Shown one piece after another: positions 1-7,750 of a stretch of 64,000 bases of DNA. The first letter of the stretch is position 1; each line of letters begins with the position of its first letter. The position numbers and the translations under genes were made by a program. The notes beneath the pieces were generated by a model, which had not been told where the DNA came from, searched no databases, and saw only the letters and a list, made by a program, of their open reading frames with translations. This DNA comes from Patescibacteria group bacterium (GTDB lineage Bacteria; Patescibacteriota; Patescibacteriia; UBA9934), in the NCBI GenBank assembly GCA_038064675.1, contig JBBTSM010000003.1, positions 102,663-166,662 on the forward strand. The letters run 5' to 3'.

Positions 1-850
1 CCTTTGTATGCGTCATGCCATCGCAAACAATTGCGAGTTCCGGCGTGGATGGATGTTCGTTAATGTCTTTTGCTCCACAATATAAAATCCACTGTGTCCC
101 CGCGAACGGCGTCGCACCGTAGTCGCCCTTCAAGATACTCGCGTATAGTGGATAGTTATCTTCCCAAGGTCCAGAGTTCGCAATATCAACATCGAAAAGA
201 GGTTTTCCAGACTGTTGATCCTCAAATACAACACCATAACTTCGCGCGCCCCCCATGCTGAAACCCTGAAAAATAATGTTTCCATCAGTAATTCCCTTTG
301 CCGCTAACGCGCTTGTAATAAGCTGATACATCTCTGGGATTTCGTAATATCCAACGTCCTCGAGGGACCTGCCGAGCCACCATTGCAGGCCAATAAATGC
401 GTATCCACGCGCAGAAATTTCTGGATACCAAACCTTAAAATCCTGTATCGCCCAATCGCCGTGCCCGTGCAAACTTACAACGATCGTGTCTTTTGCGGGA
501 TCGAATCCCTCCGGCTGCCACCAGACCGCATACGTATTGCCAGCATCAAGGGGAAGTATTTCAGCATCGTGCGTTGTGACGAATGTATAGGCGTTAGGAT
601 TATCTGCTTTTGCTAATTCAAGTGCCGAATCTGAAAGCTTTCTCCCAGAAACAAACGGCGTCACCGAAGCCGTGGTCGTTAGCGGTGTTACCGTATCTTG
701 CGGCACAACCACCGGTATCGGCGATGCGACAACCGGATTTCCTCCCCCAATTCCAGACCCCACCCAATACGCTGCAACAACTGCACACACAAACATTATC
801 GCCACACCAAGAAACAGAAAGATTCGATTTCCATTCGACATAGCAGTCAT
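1..850 (-). CDS. Membrane-anchored alpha/beta-hydrolase, truncated at the window edge
   Basis: Hand-translated, absent from the ORF track. Begins MTAMSNGNRIFLFLGVAIMFVCAVVAAYW (TM segment), contains VSLHGHG and the nucleophile elbow GFSMGG; frame stays open to position 1. Alternative start at 841. Confidence 0.75.
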   Translation of the reverse strand, partial: MTAMSNGNRIFLFLGVAIMFVCAVVAAYWVGSGIGGGNPVVASPIPVVVPQDTVTPLTTTASVTPFVSGRKLSDSALELAKADNPNAYTFVTTHDAEILPLDAGNTYAVWWQPEGFDPAKDTIVVSLHGHGDWAIQDFKVWYPEISARGYAFIGLQWWLGRSLEDVGYYEIPEMYQLITSALAAKGITDGNIIFQGFSMGGARSYGVVFEDQQSGKPLFDVDIANSGPWEDNYPLYASILKGDYGATPFAGTQWILYCGAKDINEHPSTPELAIVCDGMTHTK

Positions 851-866
851 CGATAAAGAATATTCC

Positions 867-1655
867 TCACTGTACCACAACAACATTCGGAACCGCAGCA
901 GACTGGACCTCGATATCCCATGGAGATGATGAAGTCGAGATTCCTGTGGACGGCCCGCCGTCGAGGTTGCCCGCAATACGGAAATGTTCGGGCTGCTGCG
1001 AAAGCCATTGTGCCATTTGATACAGCGACACTTCTCCGGATTCGCTTACAACGACATCGATTGTCCCATCGTCTTCCTGCGCAAGAACCGTTCGGCGAGC
1101 GTGCAAACCACTGTCTTCTGCAACCATTGGCGTGTCGTTCAGAATCAGCGTCGGAAACGAAAGGAATGTAGATCCTGGATACGGGCCGAGCATCGAGCTC
1201 GCCGGCACGTGATACATGTTCATCGTGCCTTCTGGAGTGATGTTCACCGCAAACGTGTATCCGTTCTCATCGAATGCGACGTTAGGCCACGCAACAATAG
1301 AATCAGCGCCGTTGATAGAATAAAATCCAGCGGGCTGATTCGTCTCCGTAAAATACGATCCATTCATCACGAACGTTGCGCCGAGATTCTTCCGCCATTC
1401 GTGAACCGATCGTGGCGAAAACGGATCGTTCGCAAACGACCATTGCGAATCGGCTGAGAACTTCGACACAAGAAACGAAACCTCGTGGCCATCGAACGAC
1501 GTGATTCTCCGCTCCATAAATGCCGGAAGATCGGCGTAACCATACCGAAGAACACTCTTCATTGTTGGCAAATACGCAGCGAAAAGCAATCCAAGAGCAA
1601 CCCCACCGCATACCATCGCTAAACATCCTAGGGCAAAAAATCGCTTAAGGTTCAT
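867..1655 (-). CDS. Phosphodiester glycosidase (NAGPA/DUF2233-like) family protein
   Basis: N-terminal TM/signal segment; motifs NGSYF, HARRTVLA and NLDGGPST typical of the NAGPA family. Confidence 0.75.
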   Translation of the reverse strand: MNLKRFFALGCLAMVCGGVALGLLFAAYLPTMKSVLRYGYADLPAFMERRITSFDGHEVSFLVSKFSADSQWSFANDPFSPRSVHEWRKNLGATFVMNGSYFTETNQPAGFYSINGADSIVAWPNVAFDENGYTFAVNITPEGTMNMYHVPASSMLGPYPGSTFLSFPTLILNDTPMVAEDSGLHARRTVLAQEDDGTIDVVVSESGEVSLYQMAQWLSQQPEHFRIAGNLDGGPSTGISTSSSPWDIEVQSAAVPNVVVVQ

Positions 1656-1658
1656 AGG

Positions 1659-4478
1659 CTAGAAATCATCATCGCCATCGTCTTCAAACGATCCACGACA
1701 GAACACCTCTGGCTCAACAGCAGCAGTATCATTCAATCCCCATTTTTGCTGTCGCCCATCTCGTAGCGCGGCCCTCTTGAGCTTCAGAAGCTCAAGCTCT
1801 CGATCTAATTTGAGCTGAAGTTCGGACAATCTTCGCTGAAGCCCCCAACGATCTGCCCGACGTCCAACAATTCGCCCCATTGAGGGACGGTAGACTTCAT
1901 GTTTTCGCAGCCGAATGTCGCTAGGATAAAACCCCTCACGATCCGGACGAGAATCATCATCACGACTCCTTGCGTTGTAGTCGAATCGACGCCAATCAAA
2001 ACCGAGCGCTTCTAATTCCGTTATCGTTGCAGAAACTTTTCGCATGGCATCAATGGCCGCTTGCGTGTCCTGTCGGTCATGGATGCGATTGCGCAATACC
2101 ATTTCGGCATGCGGAATGTCGTTTTCGTCTAAACAACTCTGCACGCTCCGCTGATCACTTTCTGAAAACGGTGGCTCTCCAAGAACAAACGCAACAAGAT
2201 TATCAGCCTCGAACTCAGCATTCATTGCATCAGCCTCCACTTGCAACGCTCGTACATTCTTCAGTGTTTCGCTCAATGCCCCGTCCCCCATTGCCTCGCG
2301 GGCTCGAAGCGCAACAACACGCTGAGCATACTTCTCTTTTGCGCGAGCCATACTCGCCTCAGCGTCCGCCGTGTTTTGTGCATACTGGATTCGGTACGTA
2401 TCGCCATCTGAATACCGAATGGTTGCGTGCGCAAAATGTTCTACACCGTCCCGATCCACAACATACCAGATGGTTCTCGGACGCGACTCCATGAGAATAT
2501 CGAGCAGAGCGGGCGTCGGAAACTGATCATTCGGTGTGATCGTTAAAGGAATATCCATTTTTCCAACAGGATCTTGCGTTGAAAAATCTCTCCATGCCTG
2601 GGCAAGGAACCGCTCTTTAGGCTGGATGATCTCCAACAATTCCCCAAAACGATTTGCGGAAAATTCTCGCGCAGTCTGCCGAATCCCAAAACTCACATCC
2701 TCGAAACGGAACATGATCAACACCGGATTATCGCGCGTTCCAAGTAGTGGAACATCCGCCGGAGTTGCCCGCTCAAGCCAATGCGCATTCGCAAATGCTC
2801 CGCCGCCACGTTCGACGTCTACAACGCCTTTTACGATCTTTTCTCCTTTGGGATCCCATTCATATTTCACCGTAAACGGATGCTTCCCGAGTAAAATTGT
2901 TTCAGGATATTGCTTCTCTGCCTCACGGAGCGCCGCACGATCGGACTCTGCAGAAAATACATCATCAAGGGTTAACACAAAATGCGAACGCTTGTCGTCT
3001 AATTGTTTTGCAGTAGATACACCAGACGAAACAATACGATCAAACATCCACTCGCTTTCTGCGTCTGCGCCGGTATATGTATGCAACGGACCTGGATTAA
3101 CTCCGGCAATTTTTGCTAACAACGGCAATCGATTTTCAACAAGCTTCTTGTATATCCAGTGAACATCATTCCAATAATGTGGTTCAAAAATATCTTCGCG
3201 ATAGCCCACGCTTGAACGCGGACGTTCTCGAATCTTATATACTATCGCATTCGCGATTGTTCGTGCTGCCGCTTGCTCAACCACTGCCGCCCGATTGCCC
3301 TGCACAGGTTCTTCGGCGGGCATCAATCCGATACCATTCTTATTAATCAGCCAACGCTGAACATCGACGACAGTTTTCCCGTCGAAAGATCGGACACGTG
3401 GTTTCCCTCGTTCTTCCAAAAGATATCCCGTCGGCAGTGCTTCGAGAAGCTCTGGCTCAATAATGCCATGATAACCGTACCCAACGCGCTCGCCTCGGCC
3501 GTCCACACGAACAGTAGCAAAAACATTCGACACAATACCGCCATCAAACCCAACCGAACTGCGATCCGGAATGGAGGCGTAAAAATGTTGAGCATCGTAC
3601 GTGCCGGCCACTACCCAAGATGTTTGAGAACGAAAATCACGCGCGTCTTGCGCGTTACCCAACGGAGGAGCCGCATTCACCATGCGATCTATTTCTGCAC
3701 GAATCGCCTCTAAACGTTCTCGAGCCTGAGACTCAGCGTACCGCGCTGGAAGTTGCTTCAGGGGAATACAGTTTCCCTCATCTGACCGAACAAAGATGTC
3801 GTCCGCCTCAAATCCTGCACGAATAACCTTATGCAGCTGTTCGGCGCTTAGTGCCTGAATCTTTTCAATAAACGTTCCAACGTTAAACGAGGCCCGCGTT
3901 TTCGCCTCCTGTTCGTCACGAATCATTTTTGCAACATGAACCAATCCATCTCCATCTAAACCATACTGCTCGGCCCACGCGCGAAATGCGGATCGATCCT
4001 TTGGCGATTCAGCGGCAAAAACGTTTGGAACATTTTGCCCCGGCTTTGTAGCCTTTTTTAACGCGGCGAACAACCGAAACCAATCTGATGGGCGAGCGTA
4101 TCCCGTTCCCGATTCTTGCATCTCACGATCAAGCAGAGCCTGACGGTCGTGCAATCTCTTCCAAGCACGACCGCGCGCCTGAGCATCAGTGCCGCCCCGC
4201 ATCTTCATTCGTTCAGCATCAATCATTCCGCGATCCGGAATCTTGTATACCTTTGCCATGTTTGTAAATCCTTCAACCGCCCGAACCAAATTCAACATCG
4301 CTTCTGCCTCAACAGTAATTCCCATCTCTTCCGCCTTCTGCAGCATCAATGCTCTTCGTTCCTGAGGTCCGAGCTGTTCGCCGGGAACCCGCGAGCGCTC
4401 AATCTGCCGAGGTACAGGAGCACTAGGCGCTTGCGGCCCACGATCCGCCAAGATTTCTTCCCATCTCATTTTTGCCAT
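1659..4478 (-). CDS. 939-aa hypothetical protein resembling the C-terminal part of HrpA/HrpB DEAH helicases, without the ATPase core
   Basis: Long ORF. SDWFRLF..RAWAEQYGL..L..V..IRD, KVIRAGF and PETILLG..FTVKY resemble HA2/OB/HrpB_C regions. No GxGKT or DEAH motif. ORF is solid, family call is tentative. Confidence 0.5.
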   Translation of the reverse strand: MAKMRWEEILADRGPQAPSAPVPRQIERSRVPGEQLGPQERRALMLQKAEEMGITVEAEAMLNLVRAVEGFTNMAKVYKIPDRGMIDAERMKMRGGTDAQARGRAWKRLHDRQALLDREMQESGTGYARPSDWFRLFAALKKATKPGQNVPNVFAAESPKDRSAFRAWAEQYGLDGDGLVHVAKMIRDEQEAKTRASFNVGTFIEKIQALSAEQLHKVIRAGFEADDIFVRSDEGNCIPLKQLPARYAESQARERLEAIRAEIDRMVNAAPPLGNAQDARDFRSQTSWVVAGTYDAQHFYASIPDRSSVGFDGGIVSNVFATVRVDGRGERVGYGYHGIIEPELLEALPTGYLLEERGKPRVRSFDGKTVVDVQRWLINKNGIGLMPAEEPVQGNRAAVVEQAAARTIANAIVYKIRERPRSSVGYREDIFEPHYWNDVHWIYKKLVENRLPLLAKIAGVNPGPLHTYTGADAESEWMFDRIVSSGVSTAKQLDDKRSHFVLTLDDVFSAESDRAALREAEKQYPETILLGKHPFTVKYEWDPKGEKIVKGVVDVERGGGAFANAHWLERATPADVPLLGTRDNPVLIMFRFEDVSFGIRQTAREFSANRFGELLEIIQPKERFLAQAWRDFSTQDPVGKMDIPLTITPNDQFPTPALLDILMESRPRTIWYVVDRDGVEHFAHATIRYSDGDTYRIQYAQNTADAEASMARAKEKYAQRVVALRAREAMGDGALSETLKNVRALQVEADAMNAEFEADNLVAFVLGEPPFSESDQRSVQSCLDENDIPHAEMVLRNRIHDRQDTQAAIDAMRKVSATITELEALGFDWRRFDYNARSRDDDSRPDREGFYPSDIRLRKHEVYRPSMGRIVGRRADRWGLQRRLSELQLKLDRELELLKLKRAALRDGRQQKWGLNDTAAVEPEVFCRGSFEDDGDDDF

Positions 4479-4516
4479 AATGCAACAGTCTCAATGATAG
4501 AAACTTTCCCATGTGC

Positions 4517-4774
4517 TCACAGTTCTTCCGACGAATTACATTCGTACAATATCAGAATTTCTGAAGAATCTTCTTGGCTCTTCGCACCACGGTGGCAGGA
4601 ACCATAATAGAAAATTTCGACGGTGCCCGTGCGGCGAACGGATTCCAGTGAAAGGTGATCTCCAGCAATTTCTGATGGGATGCCCGCCACCATCAGTTTT
4701 GCGCACGCAATATCTGCCCGCATCTCGTCGTCCATCGTCGCGGCAACGACCAAGATTTTTCCGCGGAGATTCAT
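4517..4774 (-). CDS. Small hypothetical protein (85 aa) or gene remnant
   Basis: ORF MNLRGKILVVAAT..., preceded by TAGAAT 8 nt upstream of the ATG; no recognisable motif. Confidence 0.3.
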   Translation of the reverse strand: MNLRGKILVVAATMDDEMRADIACAKLMVAGIPSEIAGDHLSLESVRRTGTVEIFYYGSCHRGAKSQEDSSEILILYECNSSEEL

Positions 4775-4943
4775 ACAGAACGATTCTAACATGGAGCACG
4801 CTCTTAAAACAGGAATATACAAATTTTGCCAGCGGTTTACATCGGAAACAAGATTCTGTAGAATGAACGTGCTTTATATGGTTTCGACTGAATAGAGTAA
4901 CCGGATAGAACCTTCTCCTCAAAACAGAAGGTTCTATGTATGG

Positions 4944-5017
4944 AGGGATATCGTATAATGGTAGTACAACGGTCTCCAAAACCGTTAGCGTGGGTCCGAT
5001 TCCCCCTATCCCTGCCA
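4944..5017 (+). tRNA. tRNA-Trp (CCA)
   Basis: Acceptor stem AGGGATA/TATCCCT plus G-CCA; D arm GTAT/GTAC; anticodon arm ACGGT-CTCCAAA-ACCGT. T arm GTGGG-TCCGATT-CCCCC is non-canonical (C55 and one mismatch). Confidence 0.88.
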
Positions 5018-5100
5018 AGAGCCGCTTTGGTGCTGTGACCGGATTCCCATAGGACCCAGGACGGGTTCCTGTGACCGGAGTCCTAGCCAAAGCGACTGCT

Positions 5101-5133
5101 GAAAACCCGCCACCAATTTGGTGGCGGGTTTTC
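5101..5133. terminator. Perfect 16-bp inverted repeat downstream of tRNA-Trp
   Basis: GAAAACCCGCCACCAA-T-TTGGTGGCGGGTTTTC. Confidence 0.7.
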
Positions 5134-5139
5134 AATAGT

Positions 5140-5937
5140 ATGGATTACTTCGAATGGATTCTGAATTTCAACCGGCAAGAACTGGAGAGGGTACTGACCG
5201 CCGCCGTCGGGAATTATCCATTCCCGTTCTTCCATTTGGACGCTAGGCCATATGCGCTTAAGTCAATGACAGCGATGGTTCCGTTTAATCGGATACCACT
5301 TCAAAAGAACAAAGGTGATTTTGATCTCTTAATGCGGAGAGAGCGCGGGATATTTGATATAGGATATGCCGGATACGAACTAAAAGCCTTCTATCATAGC
5401 AAGAACGATGTAATAACGCCGAAACACAAAAAGCAGAAAAACATTCGTAAATACAAATATCAAATTGAAAAACTCTCACAAGGACCATGCCGATGGATTG
5501 GTTTCATTGAAATTCACTTTTTCGAGAGCGGTAACCTTAAGTCAATTGATAAAATTGAAACTATTTCAACGGAACTCGTCGAATCGTGCGTAAAATTTGG
5601 AGCAACATATGCTCAACTCTTCGTTCAGCTTCCTCCGCAGAGTGATGGCTTACTGAATTACGATGGTGTAATTTTTTATCCGGCAAAGTACTACAATTTT
5701 GGCAAAGATAGAATACGGGGAATCCGATCGGTTTTAAGTCTGTTAGTGACGAAACTTATTGCTCGCAAAATGAAAAAGCTCGGTGAGCTACCCGGTCAGT
5801 ACAATTATTACTGCATATCTTGTAAAAAGATCACTCCCTTAAATCCAGGAATAGGAATTGGCGATTATCACATCGCATGTTGCTGCCACTGCCTTAATCC
5901 TCTAATTGCTGACAGAAAGACTGCCAAATCGCAGTGA
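5140..5937 (+). CDS. AT-rich hypothetical protein, possible PD-(D/E)xK nuclease with a C-terminal Cys cluster
   Basis: ATG at 5140 (track starts at GTG 5071). GDFDLL...YELK...YQI pattern; C-terminal CISC..CCCHC. Confidence 0.55.
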   Translation: MDYFEWILNFNRQELERVLTAAVGNYPFPFFHLDARPYALKSMTAMVPFNRIPLQKNKGDFDLLMRRERGIFDIGYAGYELKAFYHSKNDVITPKHKKQKNIRKYKYQIEKLSQGPCRWIGFIEIHFFESGNLKSIDKIETISTELVESCVKFGATYAQLFVQLPPQSDGLLNYDGVIFYPAKYYNFGKDRIRGIRSVLSLLVTKLIARKMKKLGELPGQYNYYCISCKKITPLNPGIGIGDYHIACCCHCLNPLIADRKTAKSQ

Positions 5938-6016
5938 CCGGAGTCCCTCATTAAGTATCCTCGGAATCTTCCGAAACCCCCTGAATAACCGAGTTCAGGA
6001 GCGGAGTGCCCTACCA

Positions 6017-6051
6017 CGAAAAAATACAGCTGATGTCAGCTGTATTTTTCG
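6017..6051. terminator. Hairpin following a tRNA-3'-like motif (GCCCTACCA, 6008-6016)
   Basis: CGAAAAAATACAGCTGA-TG-TCAGCTGTATTTTTCG. Confidence 0.65.
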
Positions 6052-6098
6052 TTGAGGCCACAAGGGAATAGAACTTTTGTGTTAAAATTCAACACAAT

Positions 6099-7101
6099 AT
6101 GATTGGAGAACGTGTCGAACAAATTGCGTCTCAAGAGATACAAGTTAGGATTGGCAACAAGGAAAGCAAGTTCCGTGTAGTTGATAGAAGTGATCAAGCG
6201 GAGATCGCAGTTCAAGTAGATGACGACACGAATCAGGATCAAATTGCAGATACGGTGAAGGCGGCACTTGAACAGCGATATTGGTTTGTAAATCCTCAAT
6301 GGGAACAAGAGACGTTGAAAGAACGATTTAAGATCGAACTTGGCCAATCTGCGGTTGAAATTTTTGCTTTTGGTGAAGGCCTGCAGGAGAGGGTACGCAC
6401 AGGAATCATTCGAACTCTCGAACGTTTGTATAGCAAGTTGGGCGATAAATCATTATGGCGTTTAGAGTCCATTCAGATACTTCCTCAACAGACAATAAAT
6501 CCGAAAAGCGGCGAAGCCGTTCCGAGGGATGGAATTTCCTGCTCAACGACGTCTTGAACTTTATCCGGCGGGCACGGCAAATTCGGCTTATCGGAAAGGT
6601 GAGCTTCCGTGTACTGAACTTGAAGGAACGCTGGCACACGAAATAACTCACGTAGTGCTTGAAACTGCATTAGCCAGAGCGTGGGATTCTGAAGATCTCG
6701 GCTGGGAAATACACGACGAAGTTTTGATCGAACTGCCCGGGGGAGATCGCACGATGCACTTCAACAAGCGTCCACAGGAGTGCCCGACGAGTTACGGTGG
6801 TCTGCAACCCGATGATGATCGCGCCGATAGTGTTGTCGCATTCCTTTTTGCACCGGACAGATTAAACGAAAACCGTAAACGAATTCTTGATCGTGTTTTT
6901 ACGGGAGACGAGGAAATTCTCGCTAACGTGACACGGCTAGATACAAGATTGCCGGAAGTCCCCAGTAATATCGCGGTACACGTCACTCAAAAACGTAAAA
7001 GTCTTTTTGGAATAAGCTCTATCAAACCAGGAAAAGAAAAGCGAGTCGTTACGCTATCCGATTTCCGCAAGGAGCGCAATATTCCTGAGCCAAGGTTCTA
7101 A
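6099..7101 (+). pseudogene. HExxH zinc-metallopeptidase-like gene split by one extra base near 6513-6516
   Basis: ORFs 6099..6557 and 6529..7101 overlap. Removing one base in GAAGCCG gives continuous KSGE-PFRG-MEFPAQRR. LAHEITH motif in the second part. Confidence 0.6.
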
Positions 7102-7123
7102 CGTCGTGTATTAGCCCCTGCTA

Positions 7124-7156
7124 CGAAAAACACAGCTGACATCAGCTGTGTTTTTT
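7124..7156. terminator. Hairpin following a tRNA-3'-like motif (TAGCCCCTGCTA, 7112-7123)
   Basis: CGAAAAACACAGCTGA-CA-TCAGCTGTGTTTTTT, homologous to the hairpin at 6017. Confidence 0.65.
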
Positions 7157-7210
7157 GTTCGTGCACAGGATCTGCTAGAACGTATCGTTCAAATATCATA
7201 AAATGTTTAC

Positions 7211-7570
7211 GTGGTAAACATGTATTCAGTAATCTCTACAAGCAATATGCTGGGAACATATGAAAAAGCGCTCGAAGTCGCCGCAGCCGATAAGGGGCTC
7301 CAGGCAGCGATGGCAATTAAGCGATGGATTAAAGAGGCCCCAATCCCTAGTACTCAAATTGGAGATGGCGGGTATATTGCAAGTCAAGATATTCAAGCGG
7401 CCCTTGAAGGAGACGGACTAGAAGTGCGAACTGAAGTGAATCTTGTTCGAGAGGGATTCCCCCGTATCCAAGCGGGAGTTGGTTCAGTGGGATTTGATGA
7501 GAACCTCACGATTGAATCGGTGGGCGAAAATCGCTACAAGATTACGATGAGAAAATCCGTTGCGCGCTAG
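7211..7570 (+). CDS. Hypothetical protein (~110-119 aa)
   Basis: ORF between two hairpins; start uncertain (GTG 7211, ATG 7220 or ATG 7247). The stop TAG overlaps TAGCCCCTGCCA. Confidence 0.6.
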   Translation: MVNMYSVISTSNMLGTYEKALEVAAADKGLQAAMAIKRWIKEAPIPSTQIGDGGYIASQDIQAALEGDGLEVRTEVNLVREGFPRIQAGVGSVGFDENLTIESVGENRYKITMRKSVAR

Positions 7571-7583
7571 CCCCTGCCAGAAA

Positions 7584-7623
7584 CATTTAAAAACCCACCA
7601 GCGATGGTGGTGTTTTTTGAATG
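7584..7623. terminator. Hairpin following a tRNA-3'-like motif (TAGCCCCTGCCA, 7568-7579)
   Basis: CATTTAAAAACCCACCA-GCGA-TGGTGGTGTTTTTTGAATG. Confidence 0.6.
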
Positions 7624-7750
7624 GCAATGGTCGGCACCCCAAGCGTCGGGAATGCTGACCGTCGTTCATCACGGACTGTACTGAATATCCAAACATATTT
7701 TGACTGTATACTTGATACAAAGTCGAACACGTGAGCGCATAAAAGCACCT

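Noticed and set aside
4536-5135. 199-aa minus-strand ORF
   Set aside because: It overlaps tRNA-Trp and several hairpins and has no protein-like motifs.
5100-7623. Classical integron (attC) array
   Set aside because: The hairpins lack consistent RYYYAAC...GTTRRRY ends and extrahelical bases, and no IntI is in the window.
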